From assembly GCF_009914755.1 (NCBI RefSeq), contig NC_060935.1: a stretch of 64,000 bases of DNA. One strand, given 5' to 3'. The DNA comes from the human T2T-CHM13v2.0 reference genome, Homo sapiens. Below are positions 52,355 to 64,000 of this stretch, one piece after another. The translations under genes were made by a program, and so were the position numbers. Numbering within the stretch: the first letter of the stretch is position 1; every line of letters starts with the position of its first letter. Below the pieces are notes generated by a model. It did no database searches and had not been told where the DNA came from. It saw only the letters and a list, made by a program, of their open reading frames with translations.

Positions 52355-53331
52355 TTAAAACAAGTTTCCATTTTTTCTCTTAGATGTAAGGAGAACACGT
52401 GCAGGTTTGTTACAAGGGAATACTGTGTGGTGCTGAGGTTTTGGTAAGTGAACTTGACAGGAGCCTCTGGCAGGTTCCTGCCCCAAGAAATCAGGGCTTC
52501 CGAGACACCACCAGCAGGACACCTGGCAGAGCCTCCAGGACCCCTGGCAGAACCCCTGACAGTTACATCTCTTTCCCGAGAGAGGGCACCTCTGTGTGCT
52601 CCTTGCCAGAGGAGCTTGGCAGCAAGTGTGGGGTGGCCCTCTTGACAGCAGCAGCTCTGGCTTGGGGTCTGGCCCATTCCCAGACACAAGTGCATGCAGA
52701 CAAAGGCCAGGGGTCAGGTGGATGACTGATCCCGTCACCCAGGTAGTGAACATAGCACCCAACAGGAACTTTTTCAGCCCTTGCCCCTCCCACCCTCCCT
52801 CCTTTTGGAGTCACCGGTGTCTGTTGTTCCCATATTTATGTCCATGTGAACCCAAGATTTAGCTCCCATGGATAAGTGAGAACGTGTGATATTTGGCTTT
52901 CTGTTTCCGTATTAGTTAGCTTAGGATAATGGCCTCCAGCTGCATCCATGTTGCTGCAACAGACATGATTTCATTTTTTGTGGCTGCGTAGTATTCCGTG
53001 GTGTATGTGTACCATGTTTCCTTTGCATCCACCCTGATGGGCACCTGGGTTGCTTCCACGTCTTTGCTCTCGTGAACAGTTGCTGTGACGGGTATGCAGG
53101 TGCAGGTGTGTTTTTGGCAGAATGTTTATTTTTCTTTGGATATGTGCCCAGTGATGAGTGGGATTGCTGGGTTGAATGGTCATTCTGTTTTAAGTTCTTA
53201 GAGAAATCTCCAAACTGCTTTCCACAGTGGCTGAACGAACTTACACTCCCACCAATAGTGCATAACATAAGCATTCCCTTTTCTCTGCAGCCTTGCCAGC
53301 ATCTGTGGTTTTTTTGACTTTTTAATAATAG
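52355..53331 (-). mobile_element. Older L1PA/L1PB 3' region interrupted by a ~275-bp insertion
   Basis: GTGCAGGTTTGTTAC...TGCTGAGGTTTTGGTA | ATGACTGATCCCGTCACCCAGGTAGTG...GGATAATGGCCTCCAGC...TTTTTGACTTTTTAATAATAG. Confidence 0.9.
52585..52719 (+). repeat. Dispersed duplication, copy 2 (135 bp), inside the L1
   Basis: Near-identical to 48721-48856. Confidence 0.95.
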
Positions 53332-53444
53332 TTTATCTGCTTTTCTGCTGAGACCTCTCTCCCTTTAGACATGCATGGGTGATTAGCAGGTGGAAAGCGT
53401 CTGGGGTAAAAAGAAATTGCCCATTAAGATGTTGAGACAACCCT

Positions 53445-54365
53445 AACTGATCTACAGGTTCAATGCAATTCCTATCAAAGTCCAAATGATTTTTTTTTTT
53501 TTTTTTGCGGAAATAGAAAAGCCTATCCTAGAATTTGTATGGAATCTCATGGGACCTAAATAGCCAAAACAATCTTGAAAAAGGACAAAGCTGGAGGACT
53601 CACAGGCCCTGATTTCAAAAGCTTGTGCAAAGCTACAGTCGTCAACACACTGGGACTGGCATAAAGACAGACACCGAGACCAACCACGTAGAATAGGAGC
53701 CCAGAAAGAAACCTTTGCATACGCGGGCAAATGATTTTTAATAAGGGTGCCGGGACCATTCAATGTGGAAATAACAGTCTTTTCAACAAACAGTGCTGGA
53801 AAAACTGAAAATCCACATGGAAAAGCACCAAGCTGGACCCTTAATCCTACACTGCATACAAAAATTAATTCAAAATGGATCCGAGTCCTAAACATAAGAG
53901 CTGAAAACACAAAACTTTTAGAAGAAAACATAGGGGAAAAGCATCGTGACATTGGATTTGGCAATGATTTCTTGGATATGACACCAACGCACAGGCAACA
54001 AAAGAAAAAACAGACAAACTGGACATCATCAGAATTAAAAACTTTTGTGTATCAAAAGTCACTATCGAGAGTGAAAAGACAACCCGCGGAATGGAGAAAA
54101 TGTCTGCAGATCACATATCTGAGAAGGGGTCAGTGTGAGAAGATGTCAAGAACTCCTACAATTCAGCCACCACCCAACAGAAACCAAACAGATTTGAAAG
54201 CGGGCAAAGGACCAGAATAGAGATTTCTCCAAAGATGATAAACAAATGGACAACCGACACGAAAAGGTGCCGGACATTGCTAATCATTAGGAAAATGCAA
54301 ATCAAAGCAAATCAAAGCCCCACTGAGAGGCCACCTCTTCCTGTCAGGATGGCTGCGCTCAAAAC
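53445..54365 (+). mobile_element. L1M ORF2 3' relic
   Basis: TGATCTACAGGTTCAATGCAATTCCTATCAAA...; ORF 53747-54220 (LHTKINSKWI..LN....IKLLEENIGE...DIGFGNDFLDMTP-like) is L1 ORF2-like. Confidence 0.9.
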
Positions 54366-54456
54366 ACAGCACCTCATTGCAGCTCACGGAGTCCCCCATG
54401 GGCGTCTCCAGGGTGCAGGAATGCATTTAACTGTTGTTGCCACATCTTGACGCTCA

Positions 54457-54840
<384 letters not shown>

Positions 54841-55165
54841 TCATAACAGAGTGACAGTATGAATGCGTGGGTGGGGGCCGGCAGGGTGCTGGCTGGTTTG
54901 TGCGTTGCTGAGAAGGAACGTGGAAAGGCATCTGAGGAGGTGGCATTTGGGCCGAGTGTGGTCACCCAAAGCAATTTGCCTCTGCGCTTGGCTCTCAGTC
55001 AGCCCTAGGAGGAGAGGTTTGGCAGGGGTGGTCCTTGGCAAGGTCCTTCAGGGAGCTGCAGGGGACCCTGAGTCTGGTTAGCCAATCACATGCCTCCCAG
55101 CTGCTGGACCTGACAGGTAGAGAAGGCTGCCGCAGTGTCCCTCGAAGGGCTGCGGCCTTCTTTGT

Positions 55166-55485
55166 GTGTTTTTATTTATTTCAGTCAGGGTCTCACTCTG
55201 TCACCCAGGCTGGAGTCCAGTGGCATGATCACGGCTCACTGCAGCCTTAACCTCCTGGGCTTAGGCAATCCTCCCACCTCAGCCTTCCAGGTAGCTGAAA
55301 TGATTTACAGGCATCTGTCACCACATCCAGGGAATTTTTTGTATTTTTTTTTCTTGTAGAGATGGGGTTTCGCCATGTTGCCCAGGAGGGCCTCAACTCC
55401 TGGGCTCAAGTGATCTGCTCCCCACACACCACCGCCTCGGCCTCCCAAAGTGCTGGGATGACAGGTAGGAGCCACCGTGCCAGCC
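55166..55485 (-). mobile_element. AluJ
   Basis: AGGGTCTCACTCTGTCACCCAGGCTGGAG...CCTCCCAAAGTGCTGGGAT...GAGCCACCGTGCC. Confidence 0.9.
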
Positions 55486-56779
55486 TCCTTTGTTATCTCT
55501 AGTCTTATTGCTACTTTTTCTCGGCAGGGGGTAAGTGACTTGCGGTGTTGTCATTGGACAAGTGCTGGCCAGGCAGGGCCATTTGTCTTGGTGAGGGTGG
55601 GGAGGGCTTTGAAACTCCATTTAAATGCTAACAAACTCTGGCCAGGGAGGCGGGTGGGGGGTGGGGGCAGTGGAGGTCGGGGAGTGGCTGCACAGCTTAG
55701 AAATCCCCACCAACTCAGTCCTGAGACCCAGCACACAAGCAGTCCAGCGCTTTTCTTTCTCAGGAGCCTCTCTTTCCACCAGCGGAGGAGGAGACAGATG
55801 CCTTCCAGCTGCTGGCTGGTCCCCAGGACCCCACTGCCACTGAGAGCTGACGAGTGGTCGAGTGCACGTGAGTGATACGGCCTGGGAGGCGGGAAGAATA
55901 ACCCTGCTGGGGCTGTCATGTGGTCTTCAGCACAGCCCACGCCATTGCTCCCTTACAGGCAAGTATGTGCAGCTTGGAGAGGTGCAGTGACGTGCCTGAG
56001 GTCTACGGCCCCAAATGGCAGATGAGGGGCTCAATTCCAGGCTTGTCTGTGGGGTGCCCTCCCTGGACACAAGGACTGCCAACCCTGTGTGAATGTGAGC
56101 CTCATGAAGGAGACAGGTGAGAAGCCTGAGTGCTGGTGGCTGTAGGCTGCTAAACTGTAAATACAGATAATGTCCAAAGCACTGGTGGCTGTGAGCTCCT
56201 CAACTGTAAATACAAATAACGTCCAAAGGTGAGTCTCATTAATTGGTGATTGGGGCGTGGGGTGCAGATGTGTGCGCACATGTGCACGTGTGTGTGTGTG
56301 TACACACATATATAAAATTTCACTCTTTGGTCACATTAACAGAGATATAGCGTGCATATCATAGGAGGTGATAATCCCAATGTGTTGTAACCTGATCAAA
56401 TCACACCTGAGCTTGTGGATCAGCAATGGGTGCAAAGACACAAATAAATAGGGGTGAACCTAGAATAGGGCAGGCTGGCTGATGACAGACCACTTCATCG
56501 GGTCTTGTGGGGGAATATGAAGGAAATGGAGAGCTTGCTGCCCCGTTTTGAGGGCTCCGTGGAGCAGAACTGGGCCTGGAGTGTTCTCTTGAGGATTCAG
56601 AGATTACAACCAGGCTCAGTGGGAAAGATTCCACCGTCGGCTCTTGGAGTCTGTGTGGGTGAACCAAGGCATCTCTGGGCCACATCCACTCAGGGAGACC
56701 ACAGTTGGGTGGGAAGCCAGGGGGTGACTTCTGCATCCTTCCAACTCTAAGATTCGATTAGGAAGGTGTATAGGGGGAG

Positions 56780-57163
56780 TGTTTTAGTCCATTTTGTGCT
56801 GCTCTAACAGAATATCTGAGACTGGGTAATTTATAGACAGAAATGTATTTTCTTGCAGTTCTGGAGGCTGGGATGTCCAAGATGAAGGCTCCAGCAGGTT
56901 TGCTGTCTGGTGAGGGCCCCCATCTTTGCTTCCAAAATGGTGCCTTGCTGCTGTGACTTCTGAGGTGCAGGAGTGCTGTGTCCTCACGGGGTGGAAGGGA
57001 GGGGAGGGCAGAAGGGGGACAAACCCTTTGCAGTGGCATTAACCTATTCATGGGGCAGAGCCCAGGAGCTAAACACCTCTCAAGAGGCCCCGACTCCCAG
57101 CACTGTCGCACTGGGGATTATGCTTCCAACACATGAGCTTTGGGGCCACATTCAGTCCGCAGC
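56780..57163 (-). mobile_element. MST(C/D)/MLT1A-type MaLR LTR
   Basis: TTAGTCCATTTTGTGCTGCTCTAACAGAATATCTGAGACTGGGTAATTTATA...TTCCAACACATGAGCTTTGGGG. Confidence 0.85.
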
Positions 57164-57609
57164 ACGAAGTTTCTCCTTTGAAGATTTTTTTATGAGTGAA
57201 AATAAACTTGGCTGAAAATGGATTCATAGACTTTAAAGCCGTCAGATTGGGATGTTTGTAAGATGCAGCTGACCTAGAAGTAGATGGTAGCATTAAGTAG
57301 GGGGAAATTTGTAGCAAAATGCAACTTTCTGAGTAGATGATGATTTTATAAAATCACAGGCAAATCCCACAGAAGATTAGCTCCCCCGCCACATCAGTGG
57401 TCACCAACTGTGACTGTAGTGGTGAAAAGATAGAGAGAGGGCGGGGCTGGATGAACTCGCAGGTTTGGGGTCTCCTCCCCTGTTTTCAGCTCCATATTCA
57501 CAGTAGTGTTGCTTTGGTGAATTTTCACAGGATGGCCAAGGCCAATTCCTGCCCTAGGGAAAGCGTGAAGAGGCCTGGGCTCTATTAAAATATAAAATAT
57601 TTGTACTCA

Positions 57610-57940
<331 letters not shown>

Positions 57941-58160
57941 TCAGGACATACTTGTGAGATGGCAGAGGGTGTGATCTGGTGCCAGATATGCTCTAACGGG
58001 GGTTCCGGTGACAAGGATCCAAGGGCCCACAGCACAGAGCCAGTGAAGGCAGACGCCAGGGTCCCAGTGGAGACTCCCCAGTGTCTGGAGGGGACCAGGG
58101 AATTAGCATTTTCAACAAAGGTTCACTTGAGTCTTAGCTTATTCAACCAAAAAACCGTAG

Positions 58161-58561
58161 TGATGTGGTCTGCATCTGTGTCCCCACCCAAATCTCATGT
58201 AGAATTGTAATCCCCAATGCTGGAGGTGAAGCCTGGTGGAAGGTGATTGGATCACGGGGGTGGATTCCCCACTTCGGTGCTGTTCTTGGGATAGTGAGTT
58301 CTCCCCTGACCCCGTTGTTAAAAAGTGTGCAGCACTGCCCCCCCGCCACCTTTCTTCTTCTCCGGCCACATACAGCGCTGGCTGCCCCTTTGCCTTCCGC
58401 CACGATTGTAAGTTTCCTGAGGCCTCCCCAGAAGCCGAGCAGATGCTGGCAGCATGCTTCATGTATAGCCTGCAGAACCGTCAGCCAATTCAATCTCTTC
58501 TTTTTATAAATTACCCAGTCTCAGGCATTTCTTTATAGCAATGCAAGAAGGGCCTAATACA
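58161..58561 (+). mobile_element. MSTA solo LTR
   Basis: TGATGTGG...CCCCACCCAAATCTCATG...TAAATTACCCAGTCTCAGG...CTAATACA; TSD CGTAG/TGTAG. Confidence 0.92.
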
Positions 58562-61324
58562 TGTAGCTCCAGAGGGCAGCCCAGCTGAGAATGGAAGGTT
58601 CCGGAAGGGTCCTCAGCAGGAGTGGCTCTAACAGAGGAGGGGAACGGGCCTCATAAATGGGGGCAGCTACTTGGGAATCGGTGGTTTCTACAATGAAGCA
58701 GAGGGATGTGGATGTGGGAGCTACACATGAGGACGTGATGGCTCGAAAGCCAAGGATATTCAGGGAGAAAGCATAAAACAGTGGACAGGCACCACCGCCA
58801 GCCAGGTGTGTTTCTGGCGGCCTCCACAGAAACCCATCTGCTCCTTCTCTACTGCTTGTAAGCCTACTCCTCCTTCAGCTCTGGGATCTGTCCTCACCTC
58901 CTCCTGGAAGCCCTCCCAGATCTCCTCCTAGTTCAGCTCACCTCCCTGAAGCCTCGGGGTGGGAATTGGGGGTGACTGTGGCCATAAGCCCTGGGAGATA
59001 GACCCCAGTCTGGGTTTGTCTGCCAGGGTCTGAAGAAGGTGGGGTTGCTTAGCAGGACTCCATGCCCAGCTGAGACCAGAGGACTTGGGGGGGTGACATG
59101 GTCAGAAGGGACCCCGATGTCCTTGTTCTTGGGACTTGTTATCCTCCTTTTCTCCCAGCTGGGGTGCTTTTGCTTAGTGGAGCACCCACGTGCAATGTGT
59201 AAACAGGAACGCATTCACTGCAGGTGGGGCTGGCTCCGGTAATCATCCATACATGTAGGGAGCATGCGGGTGGAGACTTGTGAGTTTCAGGTGGCAGCGT
59301 CCTTTCCCGAGAGCACCTCCCTTCTCCTCCCAGCCCCTGCCTCCCCCTGGTCTCTTCCCTCCCACAGGGACCCGGCTAAGGCCTGTGGCTCAGCAGCCAG
59401 AGCTGAAGCGAGTGGGTGTGGGCAGGTCTGCCCTGGCAGAGAGGAGGGCAGGGTGGGCCTCGGTGGGGTGACCCCACTGCTCCCCAGACAGCCTCTCCTG
59501 GGGCCACTGCTGCCCCCTCCTCCCTCCAAGCCCGGTCATTCAGGCTCTGGCGCTTCTGTGAGCACCACCTCCTCTCCATAGAGCCCCTTGAATCTAGCAG
59601 CCTAGCAGCCCCCTTCCCTGCACAACGCCAGCCGCAGGCTCCCAGGAGGCACCCAGAGAGGGTCTCCCTCCCAGGTCTGGGATTCCTACTTTATTGGTGG
59701 TGGCACTTGCAGGGTCCAGGCCTCAGGGGTTCTACCAGCTCCCCAGTGGTGTGGAAGCGTAGTCAGGGTGAAACCTGGAAGGAATGGGTTCCCTTGGGGT
59801 TGCCAGAAACCCCCGAACTGGACAGGGAGGCCATGGACGACTCAGCTCATTTTCTGAGTCAGGGCTCAGCAGGCCCCAGGGAACTGAGCCCCCGACACTC
59901 AGAGGGGACAGGGGTCAAGGGAAGATCCCTCCAACTTCTGAAGGGCTGTGCGATATAAGGAGCAGGAGTGGGGGGCGGCTCAGCCCCTCCAGGGCCACAG
60001 GCGGCTGGAATCGGCCACCGTCCTTTCTCAGAAGCAGAAAGTCCAGGGGATGTGGGCACACCGGCTCCCCAGCCCCCGACGCATGCACAGAAACCTCTCT
60101 ACGGTGTGAATAAGTCACCTGGCACAAAATGCTGCGAGTGTGTACCCACTGGGACTTCAGCTCCAGGCATGAGGGGGGATTTGAGGGCAGAGGCAGCGTA
60201 AGGGGACCCGCCTGTGTCTGCCACCCCAGGAAGTCACTGCCCTGGAATCTCAGGGAGTCTCCCTTCCCCTTGCTTTAATGATTTTCAGCCTGGAGCTCTA
60301 CCCGGGAACCTAGATGCGACTCGCATCCCAGAGAGAAGGAAGTGGCTGGAGGGTGTGTTTGGGGTGAGATAGGAGGCCTGGACTGAGGGACCAATGGTGG
60401 TCTGGGAACACAGCCCCCACTTCTCCCTTCTCCAGGGACACGTCCCCCAACACTGCATGGGCAGAGGGGCTTGGCCGGGCCAACCAGAAGGGAGGGCATC
60501 TCCAGGCCTGTGGCCCCCTCCACCTTTTCCCACTTGGTCTCTTTGCTCTTTCCAGCTCTTTCTGGCATTTTCCGGCGTTTTCTGGCCAGAGTAGAACTGT
60601 AGAGGTCCTTGATGGATGAGATCCTTCCTGGAACCCTCATCCCCTGCTGAATTTAGGCCTCCACCTTCCTGATCAAAGGGAGGTGCAGCAGGAAGGGGAC
60701 CCTCCCACTGGGGCAGCTCCACCCCAGCCCCGGGTCCAGGGCCTCTGGGGAGGGATGTGGCCTTCCTGCATCACCTCCCCTGCCCTCCCTACCCCGCTTC
60801 CCTCCTTCCATGTTGGCCCCAGGACCAGGCCCCTTCTGAGACAGGGGTGTGGGGGATGCTGAGGACAGAGGGTGTCTTAGGAACCGGGAAACTGTCTCTG
60901 CAGGCCTGCCGCGCACCCCTGGTCCCAGGATGTGGGTAGGGGAGAGTGGATGTTCCTTCTCCTTTGGGGCCGGCTCTGCTCCTGCTGCCTCTTAGGCTAT
61001 CTTGCAGGGTGCACCCCCTACATAGAGACCCCCTCGAAATCCAGGAAGATGCCCACTGCTCTGCCTGGTCGTCTGCTGTGAACTACTCAGGCAGCGTTCC
61101 CTAATTCACGCTGGGGTGTGAGTGATTGCCACTCGCTTATCTTGAGTCTTTGAGAGGCTTTTACATTCTTACTGAGAAACAAAACCTTCATCCCCTTGAC
61201 CCAAAAGGAGCACGTGGTGATCGTCTCCTCCCCTGAAGAACAGCTGCTGAGGGCTGGGAAGGAGAAGGATAGGGACTCCCCATCGGGGGTCTCTCCAAAA
61301 CCTCAGCCTAGCAGACAGCGCAGC

Positions 61325-61480
61325 AGGCCATTTAAACTTCCTGGGCCTCAGCCTTCCCATCTGTAAAATGGAGATCTTCATAGCACCTTCTCAGCAAGGT
61401 TTTGTAGGACTGAATGTGAGAGCGCTCACAAACATCAGGGCCCCATATCCAGCATGCAGCTGGCACTCCATTAATGCTCC
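61325..61480 (+). mobile_element. MIR
   Basis: ATTTAAACTTCCTGGGCCTCAGCCTTCCCATCTGTAAAATGGAGAT. Confidence 0.8.
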
Positions 61481-62214
61481 ACTAATCCCAGTGGTGGGGA
61501 CCAGTGAGTACCAGTGCTGGGAAGGGTCCAGGCCCACGGGGTCACTCATTATGGACAGGGTGGGCTTCTGGCTGCAGTCTTGTGCAGCTCACGTGCAGCT
61601 TCTCCCACCTGCTCTTCCCAGCAATGGCCTTGGCCAAACCCTCCCACACTGACCCCTGCCGGGAAGAGAGGAAGCTGCTCTGGGAAAAATGGGGAAGTGG
61701 GAAAAACTCATCGCACCTCGACTGAGACAAGAGCAGGCTGGAAGGCCGGCAGGCTCCCTGGCACCACCGAGGCCTAAGCCTGGCTGGCTGGGAGACTTCT
61801 CCCACGGCCCCAGCCTTCCGGGACTATTGTAAGCTGCCTAAAGTCTCCCTGTCACCGTGCAGGGCTGGGTGTGGCAGACGAGCCACCTCGTGTAGCCCCT
61901 GCGGCTCAGCTCACCTGCAGGAAGCAGTCGGCCCAGGACACTTCTGCCTTGGGCCCTGGACCTGCCCCGGGACTCTGATTGAGCGGGGAGCAGAGGAGGC
62001 AGGTTGCAGGTCTTTGCTGCAGACCTTAGTTCCTCCCTAGCAAGTGGGATGGGCTTGGGGCCCCACCTAGGTGGCCCTGGGGCCAACCCTGGGCAGTCAG
62101 AGGCAGCCTGGGGCTCGAAGGCCTCCTTCTGGTGGCAGCTCCCCTGCCTGTGGCCTCTGGCTAGGGCCCCATGAGCTGTCCCCAAGGCTAGGAACCAATT
62201 CTGCCTCACAGTCT

Positions 62215-62320
62215 CGGTAGGAACTGGCCTTGCCCACACCTTGACCTCAGACTTCTGGAGCTGTGAGACAGTAAACTCCTGTTGCCTGGATCATCCAGGC
62301 GATGGACTTGGTCAGGACCA
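62215..62320 (+). mobile_element. MLT1 LTR 3' fragment
   Basis: CCTTGCCCACACCTTGACCTCAGACTTCTGG..CTGTGAGACAGTAAA. Confidence 0.65.
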
Positions 62321-64000
62321 CCCCGGGTCACTAGTGCACGGCCGGGCTATATGGACTGATTGAAGGTGGAAGCACCAAGGCTGTGATGAGGGTCTCAGGA
62401 TGTGTGAGCCAGGACAGGGAGAGAGAGCAGGTGGGTGTGGGTCACTGACGTAACTCTGGCTTTTGCCCACAGGGCCTGTGACTGGGCCAAACGAAGTCTG
62501 CACAAGAGAAAGTGGGAGGGGATCGCACATGCAGGAGAGAAGGGGGCCGGGCCAAGGGATCTGGCTCTGGCTCTGCGGCTCTGTGTGGGGACCCCCTCTC
62601 CTCCTCTCTGGAGGGGCCCAAGCCCTCCCTACCACCCCCGCAGTGAAGGCACAGCAGCCAGGTGGGTGAGCTGGCATATGAGCAGCTGGACGGGCCCGTC
62701 TGTGCCAGGAGGCCTGCACGACCTTGCTTCTCCCTCACAGCCCTGACAAGGACGGCTCAGATGAGGCCTGTGATGACTGCAGGCTGCAGTGTGCCAGTGA
62801 CGGGGCGGGTCCCTGGGCCCGGGCAGGGGGAGGGCTCCAAGCCCTGCAGAGCCGTGGCTCCCACTGTCCCTGGGTGTGGGGGACTGTCAGAGCTCAGGCC
62901 CAGGACAGGCTGACCTGTGTGGGCCTGGCCAGTAGGATGGCTTTCCTCTGCCTGCGTGGGGTCCTGGGAGCCCCATCTGCTCTCCAGGTGGGCTAGTGGG
63001 CAGCAGCCCCGTGGTCGCTCAGTGCCCAGGTGTGACTACGAGGCTGCCTGGGACCAGGCACTGTGTGCCCTGGGAACCCTGCCCAGTGGTGAGTAAAGCA
63101 GAGACTGTCCCACCTGCTGGGGCTGCCACAGGCAGCTCGGGCTGAGCTCAGGCAGCTCAGGGGCAAGGTTAAGCCGGCCTGGAGACCGCGCTCAGCTGCC
63201 CCTCCCTGCTGGTTCCCGACAGCAGTGGCAGCTTTGCTCACCACCTGGAGTGGCACAGGGAGGTTCCAGCCCAGCCAGTCCCTGGATGGCAGGGCAGGGC
63301 CCCCACAGGCCTGGAGATGGAGCTGAGAAGATGCTGGAGCTTGGGAGGCCCAAGGAGCGGTAGGGGAAGTGTCAGGACATGAGCTGGGGGGCTGTGGGAT
63401 CCTGGAGTGAGCAGGGGTCTGGGGAGATGGGCACTCATGTGACAAGGATGAACTATAGGCCAGCCAAGGACAGTCGTCCTGAAATGCAGGCTCCTGATGC
63501 AGCCGCCAGCCAAGACGAAATGTTTGCCAGCTGGAAATGAAGGCCCAGGAGGGCCCAGGTTGTGTCCCAAGTCCCAGGGTCACCCTGGGCTGGTGCCGTG
63601 CAGGCACGAGGGGCTGGCAGAGTCTGGGTGTCCTTTCCCCGCCCCAGCCTCACCCTGGGGGTGTAAGCAGGAGGCAAGTGGGCAAGGTGGGTGCAGTCTT
63701 GTCCAACCCACGGAGTGTGTGTCAGGTGGCCACGAGGCAGCCAGCGTCTGGCTGGAGGTGCTGCAGTGTCTTGGGGGAGGACCCCCCAGGGCTGAGGGAA
63801 GAGGCATGAGTTTGAGTATTCCATTGGGTTGTCCCAGCTCAGGGATCCCCGTGGGGCCTGTGGGGGCCCCTTGGGCAGGAGCCCAGGCTGGATGTGTGGT
63901 TTGGGGCTGCTCAGGTCTCTTCTAAATCCTCCCCCCATAAGCCCTGCTCCTCCCTGGCCGGCACTAGCCCAGTTGCAACCCTCAAAGTCCCCCCATAGTC

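Noticed and set aside
53747-54220. 157-aa ORF with real protein similarity
   Set aside because: It is a decayed L1 ORF2 fragment, not a host gene.

Overview
This is primate, almost certainly human, genomic DNA (AluJ/AluS, L1PA4, THE1/MST, MLT1/2, MIR, L2, hAT and MuDR relics). I find no credible protein-coding exon, RNA gene or CRISPR array, and the six-frame ORFs are GC-rich or repeat-derived noise. A CpG island at ~31.05-31.95 kb contains an ATG-less first exon on the minus strand, so bases 1-31.47 kb are most likely a long first intron. A probable alternative upstream first exon with a GC-box/CCAAT promoter lies at ~32.8-33.1 kb, and a second, intronic CpG island lies at ~26.5-27.2 kb. From memory of the locus layout (no alignment was run), this best fits the 5' end of OSBPL5 (11p15.4), with moderate confidence. 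The 39-58.6 kb stretch is an AT-richer block of nested transposons. I cannot support a new biological system here. The best leads are: (1) a four-fold bipartite motif (CCCTTTAA ... TATTCRCCNCAATAG) in the intronic CpG island; (2) a ~275-bp composite insertion in an old L1, half of it copied at ~98% identity from 3.9 kb away; (3) a Mutator-type (Ricksha) element with TIRs, a 9-bp TSD, a FLYWCH relic, captured ERVL sequence and an unexplained ~175-bp insert; (4) one L1-endonuclease site used by two successive Alus; (5) tandem repeats with higher-order structure. Repeat subfamily names come from recalled consensus sequences, and boundaries are approximate.
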